Below are positions 21,557-32,344 of a DNA stretch of 64,000 nucleotides, one piece after another. Made by a program: the position numbers and the translations under genes. A model generated the notes under the pieces. The model worked only from the letters and a program-made list of their open reading frames with translations. It ran no database searches and had not been told where the DNA came from. The stretch comes from Candidatus Eremiobacteria bacterium (GTDB lineage: Bacteria; Vulcanimicrobiota; Vulcanimicrobiia; Vulcanimicrobiales; Vulcanimicrobiaceae), in contig CAVTRC010000002.1 of assembly GCA_963737065.1 (NCBI GenBank), positions 416,001 to 480,000 of the forward strand, written 5' to 3'. How positions within the stretch are numbered: the stretch's first letter is position 1; each line of letters begins with the position of its first letter.

Positions 21557-22507
21557 CTAACTGATCAGTTCGCGCTCCACCATCACCATGCGCGGATCGA
21601 TCAGGTGCTTGTTCAAGCCCAGTTTTTCCGGCGCGACGCCGAGCGCGAACGCGACCAACTGCGGCAGATGGAACGTCGGCAGGTCCGTGCGGCCCCAGCG
21701 TGACGCCGCATCCTGCTGATAGCCGTCCAGCGCAAGATGGCACAGCGGGCACGGCGTGATCACCGCTTCAGCGCCGTGATCCTTTGCCATCCGCATGTTC
21801 TGACCGACCATGTTTGCCGCGACACCGTCTTTTTCTAACTGGATGTGGAAACCGCAGCATCGCGTCTTGCCGGCGTAGTCGACGGCTTCGCCGCCGAGCG
21901 CTTCGATGACATCTTCGAGGGAATGCGGATTGCGGGCAGATTCCCAACCATTGACGTTCTCGGGACGGATGATGTGGCAGCCGTAGAACGGCGCAACCTT
22001 CAGACCGTTGAGTGGACGCACGACCATATCGCGCAGCTTGTCGAGGCCGATGTCGTCGATCAGCAGCCACAGCAAATGGCGTACCATAACGTTGCCGTTG
22101 TACTTCGCGCCGAACTTGTTGAGAATCGTGTTCGCCTGATTCATCCGCTCTTCGCTCTCGAGCAGTTCTTTGTTCGCGGCGCGCATGTGGCCCGTGCACG
22201 TCGAGCAGATCGTAATGACGTCGTCGAGTCCAAGCGCTTCGGCTTGCGCGTACGTCCGCGCATTGAGGACGCGCGCAACGTCGCGGTTGACGTCGTTCAC
22301 CACCGACGCGCCGCAGCACGAGGCGGCCGTCAGTTCGATCAGCTCGATGCCGAGTCTGTCGGCAAGCAGCATCGTCGAGTTGAAGAGCTCTTTGCACGAT
22401 TCTTTGGCGACGCAGCCCGGGAAGAAGCCGTAGCGCTTCATCTCGCGCGAACGTGTCGGCTTGTGCGAGTCGAGCGCGCGATCTTCGGGAAGCAGAGGGA
22501 TGGACAT
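21557..22507 (-). CDS. CCG-domain (HdrB-like) succinate dehydrogenase anchor subunit
   Basis: FFPGC, SCCG, TICSTC, FYGC, RCCG, TPCPLC. Directly follows sdhB. Confidence 0.9.
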   Translation of the reverse strand: MSIPLLPEDRALDSHKPTRSREMKRYGFFPGCVAKESCKELFNSTMLLADRLGIELIELTAASCCGASVVNDVNRDVARVLNARTYAQAEALGLDDVITICSTCTGHMRAANKELLESEERMNQANTILNKFGAKYNGNVMVRHLLWLLIDDIGLDKLRDMVVRPLNGLKVAPFYGCHIIRPENVNGWESARNPHSLEDVIEALGGEAVDYAGKTRCCGFHIQLEKDGVAANMVGQNMRMAKDHGAEAVITPCPLCHLALDGYQQDAASRWGRTDLPTFHLPQLVAFALGVAPEKLGLNKHLIDPRMVMVERELIS

Positions 22508-23478
22508 TAGCTGACCGGGACCTCCAGGGATTCGAAGATGGTGCGTACTTCATCGACCTTCGGGATCGGTTTGAGGAAGATCGGCGGCTGTTTACCTTTG
22601 AGCCCCATACGCGCACCGAGCGCCGCGCCAAGGAACGTGACTTTGAGAAGGCCCTTGATATTGAAGCGTCCGACCGTGCCGAGAATGACTTCGGTCTCGG
22701 CCAGCATACCGGTCTGCTTGATCGTTTTCGATACGACCAGCGCGTGGCGCGGCCCGCGTTCGTTCATCATGACGCGGTTTTTGATCGCTGCGCGCTTGAC
22801 GTCGACGATCCGCCAGTTGGGATCGACGTGCTTGGGGCAGTACGAGCACGCGTAGCAGTGCGCGCAAAGCCACAAGTAATCTTCCGAGATTTGCGCGATG
22901 CGCTCGTCGCGCTTGCCGTCGCGCACGTCTTCGATAAATCGGTACGCATACGCGATCGCGGCGGGTCCGGCGAACGCCGGGTCGACGCTGACGACGGGAC
23001 AGAGTGCGTAGCACGTCGCACACATGATGCAGTTCGCGACGTCGACGAGCTTCCTCATGTCGTCCGGCGAGACGCGGCGTTCGCGCTCGTGGTCGGAATC
23101 GTTGTCCTTCGGTTGCAGATACGGCTTGAGACGCGCGTACTTGTCCCAGAACGGATCCATGTGGACGACGAGGTCTTTCATCGGCTGGAAGTTCGGCATC
23201 GGATCAACTTGGATCGAGCCATCTTCCTGGAGGACGTCTTTGCAATTCGTCTTACATGCGAGCGACGTGACGCCGTTGATATTCATGGAACACGAGCCGC
23301 AGATTGCTGAGCGGCACGAACGGCGGAAGCTGATCGATCCGTCGACTTCTGCCTTAGCGAACTCGAGCGCATCGAGAACCGTAGTCGTCTCCGGAATTTC
23401 GACTTCGACGACGTCACGGTGCGGAACCGTGTCGGTCGCTTCGTCGAACCGGAAGATGTCGAGCTTGATGTTGGCCAT
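22507..23478 (-). CDS. sdhB: Succinate dehydrogenase/fumarate reductase iron-sulfur subunit
   Basis: SCRSAICGSC...LAC, CIMCATCYALCP, CAHCYACSYCP. Confidence 0.95.
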   Translation of the reverse strand: MANIKLDIFRFDEATDTVPHRDVVEVEIPETTTVLDALEFAKAEVDGSISFRRSCRSAICGSCSMNINGVTSLACKTNCKDVLQEDGSIQVDPMPNFQPMKDLVVHMDPFWDKYARLKPYLQPKDNDSDHERERRVSPDDMRKLVDVANCIMCATCYALCPVVSVDPAFAGPAAIAYAYRFIEDVRDGKRDERIAQISEDYLWLCAHCYACSYCPKHVDPNWRIVDVKRAAIKNRVMMNERGPRHALVVSKTIKQTGMLAETEVILGTVGRFNIKGLLKVTFLGAALGARMGLKGKQPPIFLKPIPKVDEVRTIFESLEVPVS

Positions 23479-23481
23479 AAT

Positions 23482-25227
23482 TTAGTAGGTTCTAACCTGC
23501 GGCGGGAACTTGGTGATTGTGACTTTGCGCGAGTAGTCGAGGCGCGGCGAGCCGTCCGCGTCCCGCCACGCGAGCGTGTGCACGAGCCACTTCTCGTCGT
23601 CGCGTTCGGGAAAATCGGTGCGCGATTGGGCGCCTCGCGACTCGGTGCGGTGGAGAGCGCCCTTTGCGAGTGCGTATGCCGCGTCGATGAGGAAGTCCGT
23701 TTCGAACGTGTTGACGAGATCGGTATTGAACGTCGATGACTTGTCCATGACGTAGGCGCTCGCGTCGAACTCTTTGCGAACGCGATCCAGTTCGGTAACC
23801 GCTTCACGCAAGCCGGCGTCGTCGCGGAAGATAAACGTGTTCTCGCTCATCGTTTCGTTCATCGCGTGCCGCAGTTTCGGCGCCCGCGTTCCATCGTTTC
23901 GCGAGAGCAGGCGATCGACGCGATCTTGTTCCGCTTTGAGCGTGCGGTCTGAAGCGCGCACGGTGCCGACGGACTTTATGTAGTCGACCGCGTGCGACGC
24001 GGCGCGCGCGCCGAAGACGATCGTTTCAAGCAACGAGTTGCCGCCGAGACGGTTCGCGCCGTGGACGCTGACGCACGCGCATTCGCCGGCAGCATACACA
24101 CCGGGAACGCGCGTTGCGCCCCACTTGTCGGTTTCGATACCGCCCATCGTGTAGTGAGCGCCCGGAAGAATGGGAATCGGTTCAAGCACCGCGTCTTTGC
24201 CCGTTGCATCCATCGCGAGTTCGCGAATCTGCGGAAGACGTTCGAGAATTTTCTCGCGGCCGAGGTGACGCAAGTCGAGCAGGACGCAGCCGTCGACGCC
24301 GCGGCCCTCGAGAATCTCGGTCCACTCCGCGCGCGAGACGACGTCACGCGATGCGAGTTCGCCCTTGTTCGGCGCATACTTGAACATGAAGCGTTCGCCC
24401 GCACCGTTGAGCAAATACCCGCCTTCGCCGCGTGCGCCTTCGGTCATCAGCACGCCGTTCTCTTTGAGCGTCGTCGGGTGGAATTGCATGAACTCCATGT
24501 CCATCAACGGGATGCCGGCTTTGTACGCGATGCCCATGCCGTCCGCGGTCGACGCATACCCGTTGGTCGTCTTGAGGTACATCCGCCCGGCGCCGCCGGT
24601 GGCGAAGATCGTCGCTTTTGCGGTGATCAGCTCGAGCCGTCCATTCCGCATGTTGTACGCCACGACGCCGCTCCCGATGCCGTCCTCAATCGCAAGCGCC
24701 GTGCAGAAATACTCTTCATACACCTTGACGCCGAAGCGCTCGAGCTGCTCCCACAGGGTGTGAAGAATGACGAGGCCCGTGACGTCCGCGGAGTAGCAGG
24801 TGCGCGGCGCGCCGGCGCCCCCGAAGGGGCGTTGCGCGATACGGCCGTCCGGCATGCGTGAGAAGATGCAGCCGCGGTGTTCCAGCCAAATGATCTGTTT
24901 GGGCGCGTCTTCGCACATCGCTTCGGCCGCGTCTTGGTCCCCCAGATAATCCGAACCCTTGACCGTATCGAACGTGTGAGCTTCCGGTGTGTCCTCTTCG
25001 CGATTTCCAAGGGCGGCGTTGATACCACCCTGCGCTGCGCCGGAGTGGCTACGAACCGGATGCATCTTTGAGACGATAGCGACGTCGGCACCACGCTCGG
25101 CAGCTTCCACCGCGGCGCGCATGCCGGCGAGACCGCCGCCAATGACGACTACGTCGTGTTGGATCACGTTGGCCTTTCCGGATGAGACGTTGTCTCTCTT
25201 TATACTATCCGGTTGAACCGGGGCCAC
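23482..25227 (-). CDS. sdhA: Succinate dehydrogenase/fumarate reductase flavoprotein
   Basis: [16 protein letters not shown] (covalent FAD His), [24 protein letters not shown]. Confidence 0.97.
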   Translation of the reverse strand: MAPVQPDSIKRDNVSSGKANVIQHDVVVIGGGLAGMRAAVEAAERGADVAIVSKMHPVRSHSGAAQGGINAALGNREEDTPEAHTFDTVKGSDYLGDQDAAEAMCEDAPKQIIWLEHRGCIFSRMPDGRIAQRPFGGAGAPRTCYSADVTGLVILHTLWEQLERFGVKVYEEYFCTALAIEDGIGSGVVAYNMRNGRLELITAKATIFATGGAGRMYLKTTNGYASTADGMGIAYKAGIPLMDMEFMQFHPTTLKENGVLMTEGARGEGGYLLNGAGERFMFKYAPNKGELASRDVVSRAEWTEILEGRGVDGCVLLDLRHLGREKILERLPQIRELAMDATGKDAVLEPIPILPGAHYTMGGIETDKWGATRVPGVYAAGECACVSVHGANRLGGNSLLETIVFGARAASHAVDYIKSVGTVRASDRTLKAEQDRVDRLLSRNDGTRAPKLRHAMNETMSENTFIFRDDAGLREAVTELDRVRKEFDASAYVMDKSSTFNTDLVNTFETDFLIDAAYALAKGALHRTESRGAQSRTDFPERDDEKWLVHTLAWRDADGSPRLDYSRKVTITKFPPQVRTY

Positions 25228-25262
25228 ACGACTGTTGTCAGGATGATGCCCGTCCCCGCACG

Positions 25263-26402
25263 CTATACGGTCGCGTTCGGGGAGGCAGGTTCACCCTCGT
25301 TCTTGCTCGTGCGCGTGTAGAAGCGGAACTGGTTTTTGCCGCCTTCTTTGGCTTGATAGAGCGCCTCGTCGGCTGCGAAGAACAGCGTCTGCCCTTCGCT
25401 TCCGTCCGTTGGAAACATCGATACGCCGATGGAGCTTGCGAGGCCGTTGCGGCGAAGCTCGCCCATGATGCGTTCGATACCGCGTTCGGCTTGCCGGCGA
25501 TCGCTCTGCGCCATGACCAGCACGAACTCGTCGCCGGCGTACCGTGCGATGATGTCGCCTTTGCGCGCATTTTTCTTGAGTACTTGCGCGAAGCGTTTGA
25601 GGGCGAGATCGCCGAGACTATGTCCGCCGGTGTCGTTGATCTTTTTGAGATCGTCGAGGTCGAGAATTGCGAAGGCAAACGGCGTGTCGTATCGATCCGA
25701 CCGATGAAGCTCTCGTTCCAGCAAGTCGTTGAGCGCGCGGCGGTTTGGAATCCCGGTCAAGCTATCGGTGTTTGCCGTGCGTTGCGTGTCTTCCAGCAGC
25801 CGGCGTGTTTCTTCGTAGAGACGCGCGTTTTCCACCGCGATCGCGGCTTGCGATGCAAAATCGAGGAGCACGCGCAGCTGATTTTCGGTGACGCCGTCCG
25901 CGGGAGGGTCGTCCGCATACAGCATGCCGCGCACGACGTCGCGCGCAATGAGCGGCGCGATGCAATACCAACCCTTGGTGTCGCTCAGCGGAACGTCGGG
26001 GTCGCCGGCGCTTCCGTACGCGAGTTGAAGATCTCCCCGTGCAACGTCGATCAGCGTGGAGGCCTGGCGGTACTCGCGCGGATCGCGCGCATGATGTACC
26101 GTTCCGTTGTCGTCGCACTCGAGCCGGCGGACGATGGTTTGCCCCTCGACCACATCGAAGAGGATCACGCGCTTGAACTTCAACGCCTCGACGACGCCGC
26201 GCAGTACCATGGAAAGAATGTCGTTGATTTCGAGCGTCGAGTTGATGGTGGAGAAAACTTGTTGAAGGACGAAGAGTTCGGCGTTCTGTTGGGCGTACTC
26301 GTCCCGCTCGGCCTCTAGAACGGCAATACGTCTTTTGAGCCGCTCGATCTCTTGTAAGAGTTCGGCGCCATCATGCGGGCCGGCGGACAGGTTCGTGCCC
26401 AT
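25263..26402 (-). CDS. GAF-GGDEF diguanylate cyclase
   Basis: GAF ending [28 protein letters not shown]-site RKGD, RYAGDEF. Confidence 0.93.
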   Translation of the reverse strand: MGTNLSAGPHDGAELLQEIERLKRRIAVLEAERDEYAQQNAELFVLQQVFSTINSTLEINDILSMVLRGVVEALKFKRVILFDVVEGQTIVRRLECDDNGTVHHARDPREYRQASTLIDVARGDLQLAYGSAGDPDVPLSDTKGWYCIAPLIARDVVRGMLYADDPPADGVTENQLRVLLDFASQAAIAVENARLYEETRRLLEDTQRTANTDSLTGIPNRRALNDLLERELHRSDRYDTPFAFAILDLDDLKKINDTGGHSLGDLALKRFAQVLKKNARKGDIIARYAGDEFVLVMAQSDRRQAERGIERIMGELRRNGLASSIGVSMFPTDGSEGQTLFFAADEALYQAKEGGKNQFRFYTRTSKNEGEPASPNATV

Positions 26403-26453
26403 CGTTTAAGGTAACGTCTACCCGCTTTGTTTTCTTTAGGCCGGGCTACGTAG

Positions 26454-29400
26454 TTGTCGCAATTCGTTCATCTGCACGTTCACTCTGAATATTCCTTATT
26501 AGACGGTGCCTGCCGCGTCGACCGGCTTTGCCGGCGAACGGCGGAAGACGGCGCTCCGGCGGTGGCCCTCACCGATCACGGCGTCATGTACGGCGCGATG
26601 GAGTTCTACTACGCCGCCCGCGATGTTCGGCTGACGCCCATTATCGGCTGCGAGGCATATATTGCCCCGCGTGGCCGGTTCGATCGCACGGTCCGCGACG
26701 AAGCGCACGTCACGCTCCTCGCCGGCGATCTGATCGGGTACCGCAACCTGACCGCGCTGATCTCGAAGGGCTTCCTCGAGGGCTACTACTATAAGCCGCG
26801 GATCGACCTCGATCTCCTCGAAAAACACAACGACGGCTTGATCGTTCTATCAGGCTGCATGTCGGGCATGGTGGCCGCGCCATTACTGAAAAACGACGTT
26901 GAAACGTCGCTGAAAAATGCGAAGACGTTCGTCGAGATTTTCGGCGACCGGTTTTACATCGAAGTCATGCGTCACGGTATGCCTGAGCAGGACGCGATCA
27001 ATGACGGCCTCATCAGCGTCGCGCGTCAGCTCAACGTGCCGATCGTCGCAACGAACGACTCGCACTACCTCGAGCAGCGCGACGCACCGGCACATGACGT
27101 GCTGCTCTGTATCGGAACCGGAAAGACCGTTTCCGACACGAGCCGGATGAAGTTTTATTCCGATCAGTTCTACGTAAAATCCGCCGAAGAGATGTACGCG
27201 CTGTGGAGCGATCTTCCGGAAGCGTGCGAGAACACCGTAAAAATCGCCGAGCGCATCGACATCAAGATTCCGGAGAAAATCCATCATCTCCCCGCGTATC
27301 CGGTTCCGCAGCCGGAGCATACGGTCGAAGAGAAGACCGCCGAACAGTTCTTGCGCGAATTGTGCGAAGCGGGCCTCATCGAACGTTATGGCGAGGAGCG
27401 CGCAACGACGGATACGGTTCTGCGCGAACGGCTCGACTACGAGCTCAACGTCATCAACACGATGGGTTTTGCGGCCTACTTTCTCATCGTGTGGGATTTC
27501 ATTAAATACGCGCGTGACAACGAGATCCCGGTCGGACCGGGACGCGGCTCCGCCGTCGGATCGATCGTCTCCTACTGTCTGCACATCACCGACCTCAACC
27601 CGCTCAAATTCAATTTGTTCTTCGAGCGCTTTCTCAATCCGGACCGTATCTCGATGCCGGATATCGACACCGACTTCTGCGTCGAGCGGCGCGACGAAGT
27701 CATCGACTACGTCACCGAAAAGTACGGAAAGGAGCGCGTCGCGCAGATCGTGACGTTCGGGACGATGGCCGCGCGTGCAGCCGTCCGCGACGCGGGACGC
27801 GCTCTCGGCGTGCCGCTTCCCGACGTCGACAAAGTGGCAAAAATGATTCCGTCGGGACCCGGGGGACTGTCGATCGCGCAGGCATTGGAACAAATCGCCG
27901 ACCTCAAGCTCGCATATTCCACCAATCCGCAGATCCGCAAGCTGCTCGATACCGCGAAAGACATCGAAGGACTAGCGCGCAACGCGGGCACGCACGCCGC
28001 GGGCGTGGTGATTTCGGCGGGGCCGTTGATGGACTACGCGCCGCTCGTGAAATTCAACGACGGCGGCGTCAACACGCAGTTCGACATGGTGTGGGTCGAA
28101 AAGATCGGCTTGCTCAAGATGGATTTCTTGGGCTTGCGGAACTTAACGGTCATGAACGACGCGGTGAAGGAGATTCGCCGGACGACCGACCCGGATTTCG
28201 ATGTCGCAAAAATTCCGGATGACGATCTGCGTACGTTCGACATGCTCAGCCGCGGCGAGACGATGGGCGCGTTTCAGCTGGAGTCAGAGGGTATGAAGCG
28301 TGTCTGCGTCGAGTTGCGCCCATCTTGCTTTGAAGACGTTATCGCACTCGTCGCTCTGTATCGGCCGGGACCGATGGAATGGATTCCGCAGTTCATCAGC
28401 AACAAACACGGGCGCACGAAACCGAAATATCTACATCCGAAGCTCGAGCCGATTTTAGAGTCGAGCTACGGAGTGGCGTGCTTGCGTCATGATGCGAAGG
28501 TCTGGTTGGCCGGCGGCGGCGAGAAACCGATTTCAGCGATTGTGCCGGGCGACATGGTGTGCACGCACCGTAACGGCGCCATTGAGGCGGCACGCGTCGA
28601 GAACGTTTGGCCGACGGGACGAAAGCCGATATTGCGGATCACATTGTCGACCGGGACGACGATCGAATGCTCGGAAGATCATCGCTTCCCGACGCCTGCC
28701 GGCGACGTCATGGCGCGCGATTTGCAAATACGTCGCGACGGACAACGGTCTCCGTACCAGTATACGCAGCCAAAGTCGATCTTGTTCGAAGCGTGGACGT
28801 GCTCGCGCAACGATGCCCGTCTTAGCGTCGGCGTCCATCGCGCATATTTTCTCGGATTGTCGATCGGCGACGGCAGCTTAGCTGCGCGGGGATCGCTGTC
28901 TTCGGGCGCGGGCACGAAGCGCGCGGCGAAGTGGATCGCTTCCGAGTCACTACACGGCGATCGTTCGTGGAAGCAAAACGGCGAGGCAAAGCGGCTGCCG
29001 CGATCGGCATTCGACTGGCCGGAAAACGAGCGGTTGGCGCTGCTTCGCGGGTTGTGGGACGGCGAGGGCTGCGATGTTGCGGGCTCTCCGTATTTCCGTT
29101 CCACATCGCCTGGGTTGCTGGACGACGTCAGTCGACTGCTTTCGACGCTGAAGATTGCGTTCTATCGCCGATTCGATGCGGTGCACGTTGAAGACACAGC
29201 GCGTTTCTTGCGGCTCATCGACCGATCGTCGATGCCCGGTAAAGCCGAAAGTGAACGGCGTGGTAGCGCCGCCATCGCAGCGCACGGTGAGCGATTGCGT
29301 GAACGCGCGCGAACCGGTGTGCGTGCGGCGCCTTTCATCGAGCGCAACGTCTTCCGCAAAACGACTCGTCGCGCGATGGGTAAGCCGAACGTCCATTCGG

Positions 29401-31049
29401 CGTACGGTGCGCGAAGTACCACTCTACAAGAAGCACACGACGCGGTGTACGCAGACACGTATCTGCGCGATTCGCGTCCGGTCTACATCGATGCAATTGA
29501 GTATGTTGGCGATGACGACTGCTACGATCTGCAAATGTGCGATCAGTCCAGTCCGTACTTCATCGCAAACGGGGTCGCTACGCATAATTGCTATCAAGAG
29601 CAGATCATGCAGATGGCGCGTGATATCGCCGGCTTCACGATGGGCCAAGCGGACGAACTTCGCAAGGTCATGGGCAAGAAACAGAAGGACAAGATCCCCG
29701 TTTATCGCGAGAAATTCATCGAAGGCGCGAAAGCGGCGTCGGGGATCGAGCGCGATCTCGCGGAGCAAATCTTCGCTTTCATCGAGCCGTTCGCCGGATA
29801 TGGATTCAACAAGGCGCACGCGGCCGCGTACGGATGGATCGCGTATCAAACGGCATTCTTGAAGGCGAATCATCCCTTGCCGTATATGAGCGCCCTGATG
29901 ACGTCGGTAAAGGACAGAACCGATAAGCTCGTCGAGTACATCGATGAGGCGAAGAAGCTCGGCATAGAAGTCTTGCCGCCGGACATCAATGAATCGCTCG
30001 TGAATTTTGCCGTCATTCGAGCGGCTCATGACGGCGATCGGATACGCTTTGGGCTCGCGGCAATCAAAGGTGTGGGCGAAGGCGCGGTTCAGAGCATCAT
30101 CGACTCGCGCGAGCGCGACGGTAAATTTACCGACCTGTTCGACTTGGCAAGGCGCGTGGACGGCAAACAAGTGAACCGGCGGGTGTTCGAAGCGTTGATC
30201 AAATGCGGTGCGTTAGACGCGCTGCCGGGCAACCGCGCGCAGAAACTTGCGGCGCTCGACGTTGCACTCGATCTCGCCGCCCATGCGACGCGCGAGCAAG
30301 AAATGGGGCAGTTCTCGCTCTTCGGCGATTTGGCGGAACACGCGCCGGCGCTGGTTCCGACGCTTCCCAATGTGCCGCCGCCGAATACGCGCGAAATGCT
30401 CGCTTGGGAGAGAGAGACACTCGGTATTTTCGTTTCAGGCCATCCTCTTGCCGACGTACAGAACATGCTCGTCCGGCAGGGCGCGACGCTCATCAAGGAC
30501 CTTCGTAACGTCGAAGACGAAGCGGCAGTCACGATTGCCGGAATGGTGACAAGCGTACGGCGTACGTTAACGAAAGCCGGACAACAAATCCTCATCGCAT
30601 CGGTCGAGGACACGAGCGGCGGGTGTGATGTGGTCGTTTTCGCAAAACTTTATCCGACGGTCCAACACTATTTCATCGACGACGCTATCGTCGTCGTGAA
30701 GGGACGGTTGCGATTGCGCGAGCGGCCGGGAGTGGCGCCTGGCGAAGAACTGCCCGTCGAACTTTCCGTTAGCGCAAACGATGTCGCGCCGTTCGAACCG
30801 CCAAAGATCAACGGCGTGCACCTCGCGCCGCGGGCCGTGCGCGGCTGGCATGTAGAGGTACATTTTCGGGATCAAATCGATCGCCTCGCAGCGCTCGTCG
30901 ACGAGTGGCCCGGCCACGTTCCACTTTTCATGCACGCACGCGGTAGGAGCCAACAACTTTCGCGTACCGTCGCAGCAGATTATCGTCTGCGCGATGAGCT
31001 CGAGCGTATCTTCGGGCCCGGAAACGTACGCGAGGCGCTCGATGCTTAG
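26454..31049 (+). CDS. dnaE: DNA polymerase III alpha subunit, intein-containing
   Basis: FVHLHVHSEYSLLDG PHP domain, GPGRGSA, PDIDTDF, HAAG, KMDFLGL, YGFNKAH. Confidence 0.98.
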   Translation: MSQFVHLHVHSEYSLLDGACRVDRLCRRTAEDGAPAVALTDHGVMYGAMEFYYAARDVRLTPIIGCEAYIAPRGRFDRTVRDEAHVTLLAGDLIGYRNLTALISKGFLEGYYYKPRIDLDLLEKHNDGLIVLSGCMSGMVAAPLLKNDVETSLKNAKTFVEIFGDRFYIEVMRHGMPEQDAINDGLISVARQLNVPIVATNDSHYLEQRDAPAHDVLLCIGTGKTVSDTSRMKFYSDQFYVKSAEEMYALWSDLPEACENTVKIAERIDIKIPEKIHHLPAYPVPQPEHTVEEKTAEQFLRELCEAGLIERYGEERATTDTVLRERLDYELNVINTMGFAAYFLIVWDFIKYARDNEIPVGPGRGSAVGSIVSYCLHITDLNPLKFNLFFERFLNPDRISMPDIDTDFCVERRDEVIDYVTEKYGKERVAQIVTFGTMAARAAVRDAGRALGVPLPDVDKVAKMIPSGPGGLSIAQALEQIADLKLAYSTNPQIRKLLDTAKDIEGLARNAGTHAAGVVISAGPLMDYAPLVKFNDGGVNTQFDMVWVEKIGLLKMDFLGLRNLTVMNDAVKEIRRTTDPDFDVAKIPDDDLRTFDMLSRGETMGAFQLESEGMKRVCVELRPSCFEDVIALVALYRPGPMEWIPQFISNKHGRTKPKYLHPKLEPILESSYGVACLRHDAKVWLAGGGEKPISAIVPGDMVCTHRNGAIEAARVENVWPTGRKPILRITLSTGTTIECSEDHRFPTPAGDVMARDLQIRRDGQRSPYQYTQPKSILFEAWTCSRNDARLSVGVHRAYFLGLSIGDGSLAARGSLSSGAGTKRAAKWIASESLHGDRSWKQNGEAKRLPRSAFDWPENERLALLRGLWDGEGCDVAGSPYFRSTSPGLLDDVSRLLSTLKIAFYRRFDAVHVEDTARFLRLIDRSSMPGKAESERRGSAAIAAHGERLRERARTGVRAAPFIERNVFRKTTRRAMGKPNVHSAYGARSTTLQEAHDAVYADTYLRDSRPVYIDAIEYVGDDDCYDLQMCDQSSPYFIANGVATHNCYQEQIMQMARDIAGFTMGQADELRKVMGKKQKDKIPVYREKFIEGAKAASGIERDLAEQIFAFIEPFAGYGFNKAHAAAYGWIAYQTAFLKANHPLPYMSALMTSVKDRTDKLVEYIDEAKKLGIEVLPPDINESLVNFAVIRAAHDGDRIRFGLAAIKGVGEGAVQSIIDSRERDGKFTDLFDLARRVDGKQVNRRVFEALIKCGALDALPGNRAQKLAALDVALDLAAHATREQEMGQFSLFGDLAEHAPALVPTLPNVPPPNTREMLAWERETLGIFVSGHPLADVQNMLVRQGATLIKDLRNVEDEAAVTIAGMVTSVRRTLTKAGQQILIASVEDTSGGCDVVVFAKLYPTVQHYFIDDAIVVVKGRLRLRERPGVAPGEELPVELSVSANDVAPFEPPKINGVHLAPRAVRGWHVEVHFRDQIDRLAALVDEWPGHVPLFMHARGRSQQLSRTVAADYRLRDELERIFGPGNVREALDA
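28479..29588 (+). mobile_element. Intein (370 aa) in DnaE with degenerate LAGLIDADG endonuclease motifs
   Basis: YGVA|CLRHDAKV...CSEDHRF...LGLSIGDGS...LRGLWDGEG...CYDLQM...FIANGVATHN|CYQEQ. Confidence 0.93.
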
Positions 31050-32325
31050 CGTAATGGCCGCGAGCGATCGTTTGACGCTTGCCGGTATGCGGCGCGCCGG
31101 ATGGAAGCCGTCGCCCGATCTGGTGAAGTCGGTTGCCGCGATTTTGGCCGACGTGCGTTTGCGTGGAGACGCTGCGCTCCTCGACTACATGCGCTCGGTC
31201 TGCGACGAACACTACGATGTTTCCAAGCTCCGCGTTGCGATCCCGACGCCGGACGAAGCGCGCACGCTGCTGCCGCTCGAGATCGCCGATGGCTTTCGTC
31301 TCGCGAAACAACGAATTCGTAAGGTGCACGAACGTGAGCGGCGCGCCGACGTGAATTGGGTCGACGAGGACGGAACGCGATACGGCTTGCGCTATCGTCC
31401 GTTGGATTCCGTTGCGATTTACGTTCCGGGCGGTTCCAATGCATCAGCCGTGCTCATGAGCGCGATACCTGCGAAGATCGCGGGTGTGTCACGTGTGATC
31501 GTCCTCGCGCATCCCGATGCGACCGGCGCAGTCCATCCCTCTGTGGTCTTTGCGGCAAGTATCAGCGACGTCGATGAGCTCTATGCGCTCGGCGGTGCGC
31601 ATGCGATTGCTGCGGCCGCGTTCGGGACCGAATCGATCGTGCCGGTCGATAAGGTCGTCGGGAGCGCGCCGCCGGTCGTCACTGAAGCAAAGCGGCAAGT
31701 CTACGGCATGTGCGGCATCGATACGCTCTCCGGACCGCCCGAGGTACTGGTCATCGCCGACGACGGTGCGAATACCGAACTCGTGACGGGCGAACTTCTC
31801 GCGCAAGCGGAACGCGATCGCTCAGCTCGCGTCGCGGTCGTCTCGGATTCGCGGCCGCTGCTCGATTCGGTCGCGCAACTGATCGACTCGCTCGATGTAA
31901 AAACGCTGCCGCGCGGCGACGTCATCGCCGAAGTCGTGAACGCATCGTGCTATTTGGTTCATGCGCAGAACCGCGACGAAGTTTTTGAGGTCGTGAACGG
32001 CTTTGCGGCGGAGCGCGTAGCGCTGCACGTGCGCGATGCCGAACCGTATTTGGCACGCTTGCGGCGTGCCGGTGCCGTATTTGTCGGCGATATGACGCCG
32101 ATTGCGTGCGGGGATTACCTTTCAGGAACCAACAGCGTGCAGCCGTCGTGCGGGGCCGCCAGATTTGCTTCCGGACTGTCGCTCGCCGATTTCACGTGCA
32201 GTTTCAGCGTTGTCGAGAATTCGCGCGAGCGAATGTTGCGCGATGCCCAGCCGTTAGCAGCGCTTTCCGACTTTGAAGGCCTACCGCAGCACGCGCAAAC
32301 GGCGCGAATGCGCAGCGGCGCATAA
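31042..32325 (+). CDS. Histidinol dehydrogenase-like protein with altered active site
   Basis: YVPGG, PAKIAGV, GGAHAIAA.AFGTESI.PVDK, EAKRQV, GDY, ARF.SGL, EGL..HA are present, but it has QAER, AER and GTNS in place of QAEH, PEH and GTNH. Confidence 0.85.
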   Translation: MLSVMAASDRLTLAGMRRAGWKPSPDLVKSVAAILADVRLRGDAALLDYMRSVCDEHYDVSKLRVAIPTPDEARTLLPLEIADGFRLAKQRIRKVHERERRADVNWVDEDGTRYGLRYRPLDSVAIYVPGGSNASAVLMSAIPAKIAGVSRVIVLAHPDATGAVHPSVVFAASISDVDELYALGGAHAIAAAAFGTESIVPVDKVVGSAPPVVTEAKRQVYGMCGIDTLSGPPEVLVIADDGANTELVTGELLAQAERDRSARVAVVSDSRPLLDSVAQLIDSLDVKTLPRGDVIAEVVNASCYLVHAQNRDEVFEVVNGFAAERVALHVRDAEPYLARLRRAGAVFVGDMTPIACGDYLSGTNSVQPSCGAARFASGLSLADFTCSFSVVENSRERMLRDAQPLAALSDFEGLPQHAQTARMRSGA

Positions 32326-32344
32326 ACCGTACGACAACCTCGGG

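Noticed and set aside
21557..22507. Heterodisulfide reductase B implying methanogen-like or sulfur metabolism
   Set aside because: No hdrA/hdrC nearby. It is coupled to sdhAB, as in type E succinate dehydrogenases.
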